From Octopus sinensis (Eukaryota), in NCBI RefSeq assembly GCF_006345805.1, contig NC_043008.1, forward strand, positions 77,004,001 through 77,068,000: a DNA stretch of 64,000 nucleotides, in the 5' to 3' direction. The notes below the pieces were generated by a model that was not told the origin of the DNA, ran no database searches, and saw only the letters and a list, made by a program, of their open reading frames with translations. The position numbers were made by a program, and so were the translations under genes. Shown piece after piece: positions 1 through 13,310 of this stretch; positions within the stretch are counted from its first letter, which is position 1, and each line of letters begins with the position of its first letter.

Positions 1-1310
1 ATGGACGACGACCGGACCCGTCGAGGGCTGACGCAATTAAAGATATGCCTCATCTGACTAACTTATCAACCTTACAAGCTTTTCTAAGGCTTGCGAATTA
101 TTATCAAATATATATTCCAAGAATGCATGAGCTAAGATCACCTTTAAAAAAAAGATGTGAAATGGTGTTAGACTGACGAATGCCAAAAAGCATTCGAAGA
201 GATTAAAAAGATGTTAACGTCAGAGCTATCTCTAGCACATTTTGATCCGAAAGCTAGCGAGTCTGTGATCGGAGCAGTAATCTTACATAAGTTGGAAAAT
301 GGTAACGTAAAACTGATCGCACACGCGTCACGTGCATTACTATCGGCGGAAATGAATTATAGCCAAATAGAAAAAGAGGCACTAGCCATTATGTTTGCTA
401 TGAAAAAATTTCATAAATTCCTGTACGGCAAAAGTTTATCTTGCAGACAGATCACCGCCCACTATTAACAATATATGGATCAAAAAAAGGTGTCCCTACA
501 CATATAACCAATCGATCACAGAACTGGGGGACTACCTTATTAAATTATGATTTCAAAATAGAATTATGGTCTTCGAAGAAATTGGGACATGGGGACAGGT
601 TGTCGAGATTGATCCCGAAGTATAAAAAACTGCCTGAAGATACAGTAATAACAGCGTTAAAATCAGAAATTGAATTGAAAAATATTCCCTGTAATGTAGT
701 GCTGGAACTACCAGTCACATAAGAAGAGATAAAAAGTAAAGGAGAAAAAGATGCATTTATTAACAAAATGAAAATATAAAATAATGAATGAGACAAATAC
801 AAAAAATTATGTCGCTGAACGTAACACAGGTTCGAAATACTATTCGATGTGACAATGTGCTGGTGTACGCTCAGAGGGTTGTGATACCTGTTGTACTATA
901 ATATACAATACTAAAAGAATTTCATGTAGGACATCCTGAAATTGCTTGGATGAAGGCCATCTTGAGGAGTTATAGCTATTGGCCTAGTATGGATAAAGAT
1001 GTCGAGAATTTGGTGGAAGCATGCAGGAGATCCGCCCTGGCAGCAAAGGCACATCCAGTAGAGATTCAAACGTGGCCAAAGACAGATATACCGTGGTCTA
1101 GACTACACATAAATTTTGCAGAACAACTAAACGGTGTATATTACCTGGTAGCAGTAGATAGTTACACAAAATGGCCAAATGGCCTGAAAATTGTAAGTGC
1201 AGAAAGCTAACTAACTATTGAATTTTTGGATGAAATATTTGCACGTTTTGGTGTGCCGGACACTATAGTGTTGGATAATGGCACGCAATTTACTGATTCA
1301 AATTTTAGTT
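1..1310 (+). mobile_element. Ty3/Gypsy LTR retrotransposon pol fragment (RT C-term, RNase H, integrase), frameshifted/stopped
   Basis: Successive frames give RNase H motifs ASRALLSAEMNYSQIEKEALAIMFAMKKFHKFLYG and TDHRPL, an integrase zinc-finger-like region (HVGHP...RSYSYWPSMDKDVENLVEAC), and core motifs WSRLHINFA, VDSYTKWP and FGVPDTIVLDNGTQF. The order is RT-RH-IN and there are many stops/frameshifts. Confidence 0.93.
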
Positions 1311-1622
1311 CATTGATTAAACCTCGCCAAGTTAAATATTTAAACCACCTGATTAATGACTGTAACTCGAAAATTTAAAGAAATTAACAGCCATGAAACG
1401 ATCGTAGTGTTATATTAATTATATTTTTTTTATAATTTTGTTATATATTTAAATAATATAAATTAAATAATCTTATGTATTGGCTTAAGTTTTTCATTGT
1501 ATGATTTGCCTAATAGTGGTTTTATCTCTAATTTAATATAATATAATATTTTACTATAAAATTGGATTCAATACTAAATCTGATTTTTCCCTGTAAGTTT
1601 GGATTTATTCCCTAATATTTAT

Positions 1623-1658
<36 letters not shown>

Positions 1659-1979
1659 ATATATATATACATAAATACATACACACACACATACACACAT
1701 ACATACAGACAGACAGACATACCCACACACTGTGATACATACATATATATGTAACTGTCGAAAGCTTGAAGCTTGCCCACTTAACCAGACGTGTATGAAA
1801 GCCTCCATCATATGCGAGGTTGAAGTTACAGCTACGTTCCAAGACAAGGAAAGTTATGCAAACCACCTTCTTTTCAGCTTCTTTCCAGCACATCGATAAA
1901 AGTAATACAACTAAGTTGGCTAGCCACGTATGAAATTTGAAGAGCAGGTGTAGACACATGCAAGATTTCTTTTATTGAA

Positions 1980-2366
1980 TTTGAGGGAACCACCCGCTCC
2001 AGACTGGTGAAAGTAAATTTTATTTAATTTGCTTTGCGAGGACTGTTTCAACGAAGTCGCGTCTTATCCTTGCCTTTGGAACGTGGAGTAGTTGAAACAG
2101 GAACGACTGAAGAAGGGGAATATTCTTTATGTTGTGTGTCTCGTTTCTCTGTTTGTTTGTTTTTTTTTTTTGGTGTTCGAAAAAAAGTTCGTTTCTATGT
2201 TTTGGTTTTTATGTTTTCGTTTCTCATTGTGTTCATATATATATGTACCCATATATACATGTATATATACATATATATGTAAGTGTGTACATATATGTAT
2301 GTATATATGCATATATTCATATATTATTTATATTATTATATGATCGAACGCCACGCATCCTTTTCT
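1980..2366 (+). repeat. Dispersed non-coding repeat (possibly Penelope-like terminal region); second copy inverted at ~49003-49200
   Basis: ttttcgtttctcattgtgttca ... gaacgccacgcatccttttc here corresponds to the reverse complement of gaaaagatgcgtggcgttcg ... tgaacacaatgagaaacgaaaa at ~49.0-49.2 kb. Confidence 0.6.
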
Positions 2367-2409
2367 CAGTAAGTTTTATATATATATATATATACTGTTG
2401 TTTGGGACC

Positions 2410-2720
2410 GACAGGAAGAAATATGTAATAGCATAGAGGTCGGCTGTCTTGATTATACGAATAACTCTTTTAAAATCAAAGAGAAAGAGGCTAACTATAG
2501 GCAACTACTTCGAAACCTCTGGTTTCTATATCTAGATTATAAATTCACATTTATACCAATAATAACTGGTACACTTGATTTTGTGAGTAACTGCTTGAGT
2601 GATAATCTGGATAAGGTAGAGTTTTTAGGGAAAAAATCAATCAACTAACTCGTACATTACAAATACAATCTGAAAGTGGAACAATGAAGATATGCAAGAC
2701 TTTTCTCAAGTTTAAAATGT
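2410..2720 (+). mobile_element. 3' end of an RLE-type (R2/R4-superfamily) non-LTR retrotransposon ORF, decayed
   Basis: Translates as IEVGCLDY...KEKEANYRQLLRNL...YKFTFIPIITGTL...LQIQSESGTMKICKTFLKF, typical of the C-terminus after the PD-(D/E)xK endonuclease. Homologous to 40400-40690. Confidence 0.65.
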
Positions 2721-3014
2721 GACATTGTTATTGTTATCTACATTCCAGCCTTGCATCTTCGTTAGAAACCAGCTCCTTCCTCAGAGGAAGAACTTAAATG
2801 ATTAAAGACAGAAAAGAATATGCATATATAAATACATACATACATACGTACATACATACATACGTACGTATATACATACATACATACATGCATGCAGACG
2901 ACGGTATGTATAATTAGATGTATGTCGCGAGATATGCTGTGTATGTGTGTCGTGGAATGGATGAGATATTCATACCATGCGTATTTCCATAGGTAATTCA
3001 CTTGTAATTGGTTT

Positions 3015-3210
3015 CAAATTTTTGCACAAGGTCAGCAAGTTCGGAGGGGTGGTAAATCAATTACATCGACCCCAGTGCTCAACTTATACTTATTTTTCGA
3101 TCCCTGATGAATGGAATGCAAAGTGGACTTTGGGGGGATTTGAACTCAGGAGGTAAAGGTGGACGAAATGCTGCAAAGCATTTTACTCGGCGTTCTAACG
3201 ATTTTGGCTG
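3015..3210 (-). mobile_element. tRNA-derived SINE (family A, Nin/Deu-like core), decayed
   Basis: Reverse complement resembles ctgagttcaaattcc...gtcgactttgcctttcatcc...gataaa..aagta...ctggggtcgat seen at 62093-62390. Confidence 0.75.
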
Positions 3211-4459
3211 CTCACAACTTTGACACTTCCAAATAGTTAGATATGACAGTCACTAATAAACCATATGTAATTAATATTAGATATGAAAGTCACTAATTAA
3301 ACGATCAATTGATAAATAAAAGACACTAATAGCAATAATTAATTATAATTTATTATGATTTATGAGGTACTTGATATAGCCTTCGTTTGATGCAAGACTC
3401 CTCGAAGACAGGAAACTTTCTCTGACTTTAAAACTTTTTGCTGGTTAGTCCTACTCCTTCTGCTTAGGGGAAACTCATTGGTAATTTAGTTCTAAATACG
3501 ATGTCTGAAAAACGGAGTGGTCTATATAAGATTGCATTGGGATCATAGGTCTATCCGATTAGAGATCATTTAGAAGTCAACAACAACATTTAATTACTAT
3601 ATTACAACATGCTATCGTTCAGTGCCACATATTTACCTCTAACTGAAAACTACCATATAGTTACCGATTGATTAGACAAAAGGTCGGGCTGAATTTGAAA
3701 ATTCAGTTGGTCTACTTGTTTTCTTCTATCCAATTGGTCGGCTTATCTGTCTCTCTCTTTGTTCGACGTTACATTTATTATGGGTCAACTTCTGAGAATT
3801 TTCCGGATCACGTGAATATCTCTATCAATATGGAGTGGTTGAAAGATCATCTACCTCTGTGTGTGTGAGTGTAGTGGGGTGATGATATTGTAAGTGCACT
3901 TTCAATCAAAATAGAATGAGTAGTAGTTTCTCAACGAGATTCATTATCAAGGTGAGAGTGTAAGATAAAGGTTGTTTGTGACAAAACATTTCATTGTTTC
4001 CCCGTTAATTGAATTGATCGACTCTGAAAGTCACTGTTTACTAAACATCTACCAGATAAGAAATAATAAATTCAACTAACACTAATAGTCAATGGGTAGG
4101 CGGATTGGGTAATCAGTAGTACAATGAATGTGTGTTTGGATGAATCAGAGTCTGGGTATAGTGTAACACAATGAGTGGGGTATCTAATGCCTCGATGAGA
4201 GGGTAGTGAACAGCCGCTGTACCTTTTAAAAGTCCAAATATTCTGCAAGTTTTTCGTTGCATCAGAAAACAGAACACCAACCCTTTGGTTTATGTACCTA
4301 TGTACCAGAACTTCGGTACAAGTTACCTCTAAGAGATTGGTGTCTGATCTAGGGGCAGATTTGTCTCTCACTCGTATAACCAAGAGAAACTAGAAACAAT
4401 TAGTTTCAGCCCATTATCAGCCTCTGTGGTCTGTCACAGAAATCATTTTACCAAATATT

Positions 4460-4990
4460 TTCCACATATATCTCGATGGGAAACACATTTCTTGTGTTTC
4501 TCAGGTTATATCAGGTGTTAGGGTATGCGCTGTTGCAAGGCAACCGGATTTTCAGTGAAGAGAACACGGTAAGCAGAGTCAAGTTCGGGAAATCGAGCAG
4601 CATGGCCAAACAGTCTCAGCTGGTACTTCAGAATCATACAAGTAACAGGTCGCATTCCAGTTTCTGAGTAAAGTTGTTGGTCAGATACGAAATCCGAATA
4701 GTGGTAACCCATAATCCAGCGAAGCGTCCTGCTACCAAAGGACTTCAGACAGCTCCTAAGGGCTCCGGAAAGCGTCCAAGTCTCACAACAATATAGCAGA
4801 ACAAGGAATACCAGACCTAAAGACCCGAACCTTTGTCCTCTTGCACAAATATCAGTGTTTCTCGACTGAAGTCAATATATTTCAGCCAGGAGGCATTAAT
4901 TCTACATAATCTCACAGTCTTCATAACTGAAATAAATTTGTTGCATTGTGCCAAAAATATATATATGATTGCTCCGAATAACACTAGATG
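4460..4990 (-). mobile_element. RTE-like LINE, RT C-terminal fragment
   Basis: Minus-strand ILLYCCETW-like motif followed by GYHYSDFVSDQQLYSETGMRPVTCMILKYQLRLFGHAARFPE, characteristic of the RTE ORF C-terminus. Confidence 0.75.
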
Positions 4991-5209
4991 GTCGGATGAA
5001 TATACCTCAGTGCTTATTTTATCGGCAACAAAATGATGATAAAAGATAAAATCGGCCCTCGGTGAGATTTGAACTCGGGATACAAACGTTTCTAACACAA
5101 TAGCACAAGTTCGAGATCTTTTTGAAACATGTTGGAAAGGCATAAACGTCAAAATATCCCGTTGTCTGAAATAATTTGGCCAGGAGATAAAATAGCTCAG
5201 TTTCATGGT

Positions 5210-5530
5210 GTATTAAAACTTTGCCTCGTAAATTAAGACCTACCCTTGTATATTAAGAAATATCTTTGCATATCAAGATATATCCTAGCATATTAAGACA
5301 TAATCATTGCATTTAAGACGTGTGTCTGCATATTAAGACTTGTCCTTATTGAATAAAACATATCTTTTTATAGTAAAACGTATCCTTTCATATTAAAGAT
5401 ACTTTTTCATTACGACATATCCTTTTAAATTGAGACCTAACCTTACACATTAAGACTCGTCCTTACACATTAAAATATATACTTACATATTATGAAATAA
5501 CCTTGCATTATTAAGATGCATACTAAGATC
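5210..5530. repeat. Degenerate ~21-bp minisatellite (consensus ~cttgcatattaagacatatc)
   Basis: The attaaga motif recurs with ~21-bp periodicity, roughly 14 copies. Confidence 0.75.
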
Positions 5531-6329
5531 AATAGTTGGTTAACAGCTTGTCCTTGTTTAATGATTGTTTGTCAAAATCTATTCTTTGTTGATTATGAGC
5601 TACCCTTGTGAATAGAGAATGAATGAAACACAACTGATATGGTTTTGTCGATAAACAGATGATAAGTGAAATCAAATTTTTAATCATAACGGGAAGAAAT
5701 GAATAAAAAAACTGTAAGTTAAACACTCCCTGGTATATCGTTACTGTCAACTCACAAGTTTGAACACAAGGTGTTCTGACATCAAACTAAAAGTTGTGTG
5801 ATATTTAGTTCTCTGTTCTACTGCCAAATCAGGGGCCTATACCAAATTCATATGTTTATACCTAAAGTTTTTCCCTTTAGGTATAAACATATGAATACTC
5901 AGTTTCCAACGTCAGAATCTTGTTTAATATAAACGGATATATTACGTATGTATTAATACATCACACTATATTATGGCAAACTTTCTCAGACACTATTTCT
6001 CCTTTGTCTGTGGATGAATGGAGGAAGATAAGGAGCCAAAATTAATAGATATTAGGCGTCTCAGCGATTTTCGTTTAATTCGTTACTTATTTCATTTCAC
6101 TTGCTATATTCTTGCTATAATCTAAAAAAAAAATTTTTTTCTCTGAGAAATTATCGTGACTTCGAATTTTATTGATACTTTTGATTAGATAAACTAAGCT
6201 TACAAATTCTTCGGAGTATTTTACGAGGTGAATTTTAACAATTTTGAGACTTATTTAGGTGAGGTAGTTATAGCTTCCAGATTGGAGACGGCTGAAACAC
6301 GCACAATTAAACATTGACTAGTTTGCAAA

Positions 6330-6910
6330 AAGCAATGGGGATGTGAAAACAATTTGGATGTCCGCATGCAAAACAGTTTTCTGTTAAAGTGGGCTATAGA
6401 AACTTATGAAATGCTTCAGACTGCTTAAGTATTAACTTATTCACTGGCACAAGAGATTCAGGGACATTAGAGAGGAGGTGAGAGACGATGAGAGCTGGGA
6501 GGGGGGACGTCAGAACATCAGAGCTGGTTGAGAAAATATGCAGTTTTCTGGATGAAGATTTCGTATGTTTATAAAGTTTGTGCGGCTACTATACACATAA
6601 TTAGTCATGAACATCTGAACATGCATAAAATTTATACAAAGTTTGGTCCCATGATACTCAGTAATGGCCATCCTGGTAACCAACAACATGACAGAGATGC
6701 GCTTCAAAACTGTCCTTCACTTTCTCTTCAGTCTAAACTTTGCCCTTTGTGACTTTTGGTTGTTCCCCGAGCTGAAGGAGAACCTCAAATGCAGCCGTTT
6801 TGAAGTTGAAGGAGGTTGTGACAAGGGTCCTTAACACCTCCGCTGCAGAGAACTTATGGGTCCTTCACTAAGTGGCTGGAGTATTACTGAAAATGCATTA
6901 AAGTCAGACA
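6330..6910 (+). mobile_element. Mariner transposase remnant
   Basis: ETYEMLQTA (N-terminal HTH), a DDE(R)xG motif, and SLNFALCDFWLFPELKENLK, a degenerate YSPDLAPxDFWLFPxLK. Confidence 0.7.
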
Positions 6911-7032
6911 TTAGATTTTTATATTTCTTTAAAATTAATAAATGTCTCTGTAGAAAAACTTTTAAAACTTTGAGACTATTGTGCAGCAGTCGCTTCATTT
7001 TTTCTTCCCGTGTATTATCTTCTGCAAGGGTG

Positions 7033-7234
<202 letters not shown>

Positions 7235-7599
7235 TTGTATTTTATCTTCTGCATTTTTTTCTTTTGTACACTTTACATAGATATAAAATATTCATGGACA
7301 CTGGCATCAGATCTAAAATTATTTATGATTATGATTATATTTTACAAAGTCGAATAAAAATAAATTTGACATTAAATGAACTAGATATACAAATTGGCTT
7401 TTTGTAACTTCACAAAAATATGTAGTATGTTTTGAAAACTATTATCGTTTGCATGCTATAGTTTTTATTCTTCCTAATATAAGGGATGCAATTAAATCTT
7501 GGGCCTAGAGATAAATTAACATTGCGAAGCTGTTCAAATAAATGACGATAAATTACACAAAAATGCCATGTAAAATTATGAGTTATATATACAACGAAG

Positions 7600-7970
7600 A
7601 TCCTCTGCCCGTTTTATCTATCTCTGGATTTTTGATCTTCATATCTGGATGCAAACAAGTACAGCAAAGTACTAAGCATGGAAGTCACCACTTGTCCTCG
7701 CAAGATTCTTCATTGTAACACAATGCACCATCAAGGCGGCCTTCAGATGTTTTGTTTGTCATGGTGGCGTCAAGTGCTTCACGGACCTTATCTATGATGA
7801 GCGTTGCAATGAATCTTAGATGGTTTTAAAAACTGAGCGTGAAATCAGATTCCTTTTACCTCACACCATCGACTATGTAATATCTCTACTGCTTTGTGAC
7901 TAGCTTCATTTCCTTCAGCCACGACTGCTTTAGTGGCATGTTCTCCCCCGTCTCATGTTCCTCGTTGACA
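7600..7970 (-). mobile_element. Possible highly decayed mariner transposase fragment
   Basis: Minus-strand VKGI*FHAQFLK and spacing resembling the WDxKGI...HDNA region; weak. Confidence 0.3.
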
Positions 7971-8599
7971 TTTTTATGTAATTTACTTTTTGTTAATTTA
8001 ACAAATTTTCCTTATTTTTTTATTATACCTTTTTTTAGTATTTATTTATATTATTTGAGTTTTGTATAAATAGCAATTAAATTTTGACTGTAAAATACAT
8101 TGCTTTTAAAAAGAGTGGACTAGTAGGGAAATGCGGGTTTAAAACTGATAATATTCTTAATTAAATGAACCAGGAAAAGTACAGAACAGCTGGAAGCTTT
8201 AAAATATTGCAGCTGAAGTTTGCACTTTTATTTGAATAATATACTTGTTGGGTGGGTTCGGATAGAAAAAAGTAGGGAAAAGATTAAAGAGAAGACTAGA
8301 GTGTCCTGTCAGCATTTTGGTCACATCATTAAATGTCAATGGTCATTTTCATTCCCCATCCTCTCGTGTGCATGTCTAACTGAGATTATACCCAACGCTT
8401 TATGCTAAGTCTAAGAATGTTGTACACTTTAGAGAGGGCTTTGTTGATCAAGCTTCAAGAAGGCATGAGTGTTCAAGAGGGACTTTCTGGATTTCGACAA
8501 CAGAAGTATGTTAAATTTCCAAAGCTTCTTGCATAGCTTCTGAATTCTTTGTCTCTACTAGCGATATTTTTTGATGGGGAAAGTAGAGCTCACTAAAAA

Positions 8600-9400
8600 A
8601 AACCCACCACACTATTTATGAACTGACAAGATACTGGTGCATCGTAATTATTTTATCGCACGAATAAATATGCTTATATTTCTTTATACCTATATATCCG
8701 CTCAGATATATTTACAATTCACGAGAAGAACGTGGCTGAGCATTTTAAAATTTTGAAAGACATTCTACATCTCCACCATATACGAGTGCTTCAGCCGCCT
8801 CTAATCATACATTATATTCAATTTTATGCAGAGTAGCTATAGATAAGTTCACACAGCATCTTCTTCATAGCGGAAGTTACAATCTAAAGAGATGTACTTC
8901 TACATTTGAATGAAACTAAAAACAATATATTTCAATTCCATCTTCTGTTGCAATATTTCTAATCTTCGACATCCTCTAAAACATATATCGTATTATGCCA
9001 CTGAATAAAGAAAGAGATCCTTGATTGCCAGAATTCCCCCAGTGTTGTCTTAGTATGGCTACGGAGGTGTAAAGTACTGGACATGGAAAAGAACATTTAT
9101 TGAACACGTGCGACAACTGGATAAGCCGGTTTTCGAGAGTCTCTAAAAGTCCCCTACAGTATTGCATTAACTATCCTTTGTCGGAACGGTCTTACAGCAT
9201 CGTAGAAACTTTCTGATAATTTTCTAAATACTTCTGGCGCAATACTTAACAGAAACCCTTTACGTTGTAGTTTTTGAAAGGCGTTATTCAGTGTTAATCT
9301 GTGTATACCTTTCAAGCTGTCATTAACGGTTTTCTTTTATCCCATTACCCATAATCTTTCCAACTTCCTTTCGTTTTTTCATGAGAATCAATGAAGAGTC
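8600..9400 (-). mobile_element. Possible highly decayed Tc1-like transposase
   Basis: Only faint, correctly ordered resemblances to Tc1 HTH and WPxxSPDLN regions; no intact motif. Confidence 0.25.
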
Positions 9401-9904
9401 ATATCCATGCGTGTGTGTAGTTGTATTGTGTGTGTGCGTGTGTATGTGTTAGTGTGTGTGAGTGCATGCGTGCGTACGTGCTATTTATAGGGATAAAGTA
9501 TACAAGGTAAACCGAGTAAGTTTGTTTGGGCTTTTGCTACGGTCTACGAAGTTGTGGTCGTTGTTGTAATTGTTGCTGATGCTGTCTCCAATGTTCTTGT
9601 TGCTGTTATGAGATTGGAAGTAAAAGAAGATTTCACATCCTTTTACTGTTCCCGAAGGAACTTGCATGACACCTAATACTCTTGCTCTCCACTACAATAT
9701 TCATTTGCCTTGCCCTAATTCAAACGAATGCCATCTAAGATCTATTCTAGGATCGTAGGTGTGAACAGAAGACCAAACACGATTTGGGTCGGCAATCCCT
9801 TGTGGCGAAAGATTGATCGAGATTTAACCACATTCTGATATCCTTTCACCGCCATAGCTTCAAAAAACTAGCCAACAAGAGGATTAGAGAATTTTCTTTT
9901 TGAC

Positions 9905-10110
9905 ATGAAGGCGGTGAGGTGAAAGAATCAATAGCAATCCAGATAAAATGCTGAAACGCATTTTCCTTCCTTTTTTACGTTTTGAATTCCGCCGAGGTCG
10001 ATTTTTGGTTTTCATGTCTTTGTGGTCACTAAAATAAGTTGAGCCAATTCAGCACTGGTGCTTATGTAATTGACTAACCCATCTTCAGAACTTCAGGTTT
10101 TGTGCCCAAG
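9905..10110 (+). mobile_element. SINE family A, decayed
   Basis: aaggcggtgag...gaattccgccgaggtcg...aaaataag...tttgtgcc matches the 62093 copy. Confidence 0.7.
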
Positions 10111-11129
10111 CAGAGTCAGAAAGGTGCCGCATGAATCTGAAAAAGATAGTCTAAGAAATTCCTCTGCGATATAAGTAAAAATTGTTTATGTGAAATGCCA
10201 TATGACATGTCGAGAGTTGATGGTAATATTGCACTATAAGTAATTTTTGTCACAAATAAGATTTCATCGATAGCATATTCACTGTTACATACTCCTCCGC
10301 CTATTTCTTCGTTCTGCCATCACATAAGGCACAATGACCGAGGTGATATTGCGTAAAACAGATAAATAAACAAACTATTATCAAAATCCGCCAATTATAC
10401 CTGAGATACAATGTGTGAGAGATAAGGGAACTTGGAACCGGATGTTTTTTCCTTCTTAATCAGGTAGAAATTTCATTGGTAGAAAGTATTGCATAAAATC
10501 AATTAGATTTTTTAATGTATTGCATGTTTAAATGCAGTTTTAATTCTGGAAAGTATGTAACAAAGAAAAAATAATATATATTGTATAATCATATTTCAAT
10601 TTCATTGACATTATGTCTATCACCATTACATTCACAGTCTCAGCTGCATGGCTGTATGGCTGAAGTACTATACAGCCATACCATATGGTTGTATAATACT
10701 CCAGTCAAGTAGCATATAGCCGTATTTTAGTGATAGTAGAGTGGAATGTGACACAACCAAATTACGTTGGAGAAATCAATTAAAACACTACATACTACAG
10801 AATAAATCTGAGACCTAAGGACAGTTCATTCTTAGAAAAGAGGTTAGTTGAGATTATTCAATGTCAAGGAGCAACACTAGAAGGTAATCATTACTGTTGT
10901 TCACTAAATTCCTACCAAACAAGGTCTGCTACAGGTTCTTGTTGATTATAATTTACAATGTTGACAAACTTTTCATAATAAACTAGTATAGACTTCATAC
11001 AGTTGAAATATGAACTTAAAGTAACAACCAAAATGGACATAGTTATATCACATTCGTCAGTTATGGTGAACAACAAAAAATCGGACAAAGTAATGTCACT
11101 TTGGGCAGCAGTTGTAAACAGCCACAAAG

Positions 11130-11870
11130 ATATATCATGATAAATATTTCATAATACTGGAATTCGCACCAACATTAACGGAGATTCAGGCATTATGGGA
11201 GGGAATATGAAATAAAGATATTCAGAAGAGTAAAAAGTATAACAGAATGGAAGCGATGGGGTGGGGGAATCAAATATAGTTACACTTCATATATGACTCA
11301 CTATAATTGATAAGGAAGAGAAGAAAATATAGTAGCATCTCATGTACGGCCAACTGTAGCCGGTAAGGAAGTCTCTCACCCAATGAGAACAAGTAACTGG
11401 AAAGCTATTGGAATTGAAAAGGTCCCCACTTTCTGATTAAAGAAACTAACTATTCCTCCATGGGTATGAGGCAGCATACCTATGGGAAAAAGTACACCAT
11501 ATTGAGAAGCACAACAAGATTAATACCTAATTGGCTGCTGAAATGGAAAACATCATTAATTTACCAAAACAAAAATACCAGTAATTCTTTATAATTTATT
11601 TGCTTCTCTTGTAGAAAGACTTTTCATCAACTTTCTACAACAGGCTGGTTTTTCACCTGAAGAGCAATAATATACAACCAGGGGAGCAGAAATAGTGTAT
11701 AAAGAGATGTACAGTTGTATAGAGCAGCTACTGGTGAACCGGGGTATTATAGCAGACAGTATAAAAAGAAAAACAATCCTTAGTATTGCCTGGATTGATT
11801 GCAGAAAAGTAGTTTATAATGTGCCACATTCCTAAATACTGAATACGTTTCTATTTAATAAACCAACTTT
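11130..11870 (+). mobile_element. R4/Dong-like LINE, N-terminal half of RT, decayed
   Basis: NWKAIGIEKVPTF*LK (NWKAPGxD..WLK), PEEQ, CIEQLLVN and ILSIAWIDCRKVVYNVPHS*IL (AWIDYKKAFDSVPHSWIL). Confidence 0.8.
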
Positions 11871-12583
11871 ATTTATAAATCCATGAGCTAAAAGCACAAA
11901 CAGGAGTTCTGATTTTTAGCTGCACGTAACTAATGCTCTACCACAAATAATTACAAAATTTAAATAATGAAAGTGAACAGTTTGGGATCAGCCTAGTAAG
12001 GAAATTGCACGCATTCCTTACTGCGCAGTCCTTAATAAACTCGATTCTATTCAGAGACATGACTGTGTCAGTAGTTGAGTCCACCGGATAATATATTCAC
12101 ACCTTGTAGTGGAAACACAATCATTTACCATACACCTTATTCACCCCACAGTCCTCCGTTCCTTTCATTTATACCTGTATACGTTCGTTTACAGCCCTTC
12201 ATAATATCCTTCTATACACCTCATATGGTTCGCTACATTACATGTAATGCAGTTTATCATTCAGCTGGCTGTGTAGACTCTGCAGTTCTTGTCAAGACAG
12301 GGATTTTCCTAAAATAACTATAACTTATATAATAGTGACTGGTTAAATCTGCCTGTTCTGTTCCGTTTTTAAGTTTTATTTCGCGTAATGCTTTCCTAAA
12401 TTTGTCAGCCAATTCATTTTCGGTGAGCTGATCACAGATAAACATCGTACATTCGAATTTACTGTTGCGTACTATGAACGTGTCTTGTCTGGTTTCCGCT
12501 CTTTTCCAAGCTGTTCCAGAATTTGCTCCGGTAGGTGGGTAAACACATCATTCTCATCATTGACGACAATGGTTTGAAACTTG

Positions 12584-12637
<54 letters not shown>

Positions 12638-12685
12638 ACACATATATGAATATATATTTGTGTGTATATATAATAATAATAATAA

Positions 12686-13248
12686 ATGCCCTGATGCAGT
12701 ACCAGGCAGTGGCTCTCATGGCTTCTGATCTTAACTGATTGGAAGTGTCATCATGTACATTGTTTTGCCTTGGTATAAAAGATGGGCTACAGCAAATATT
12801 CTGCTCAATACCACAGATTTGCTTGTCAGTTGTTTGACCTTAACCAGTTAAGCATGTCCCTTAGTGGCTGACGATATGTGCATCTCTGATCACGAGCAGA
12901 AGTAGTGGGGGAGCATCATAGCCATGTGTTGAGAGGGATTCTTTGGGGTTTGAATAATTCACCTCTGGAAACATGGGTGGTTCTTTCAACATCCTTAAAC
13001 AACCCTTATTCAGGGACCTTTTGAGCGGGATGGGCTACTCGACCTGATGAAAATTCTAACTGGGCCCCACCTGCAAGGTCATGCGCTGTTTACCTTGATA
13101 TGAGATCACCATGTCGCGCACATATGGTTGTGATGCATGTGCCTGGTGTACCCTTATCAGACGGGTAGTCATGATGGGTATATTGGGCTTCGTATATTTT
13201 ACCCCAGTGTCACTTTGATGGCATGAACTGCTCTCTCACTCAATAATA

Positions 13249-13309
<61 letters not shown>
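12686..13309 (+). mobile_element. Non-coding retroposon (SINE or LINE 3'UTR) with (AAT)n tail embedded in a TAA tract
   Basis: GC-richer ~555-bp block preceded by (TAA)5 at 12671-12685 and ending ...ctctctcactc followed by (AAT)n at 13242-13309. Confidence 0.65.

Positions 13310-13310
<1 letters not shown>

Noticed and set aside
5210-5530. CRISPR-like periodicity
   Set aside because: Contiguous degenerate ~21-bp units without unique spacers, no cas genes, eukaryotic context.
6259-6275. let-7-like tgaggtag seed (also ~45768)
   Set aside because: Only the seed matches; no mature miRNA match or hairpin.
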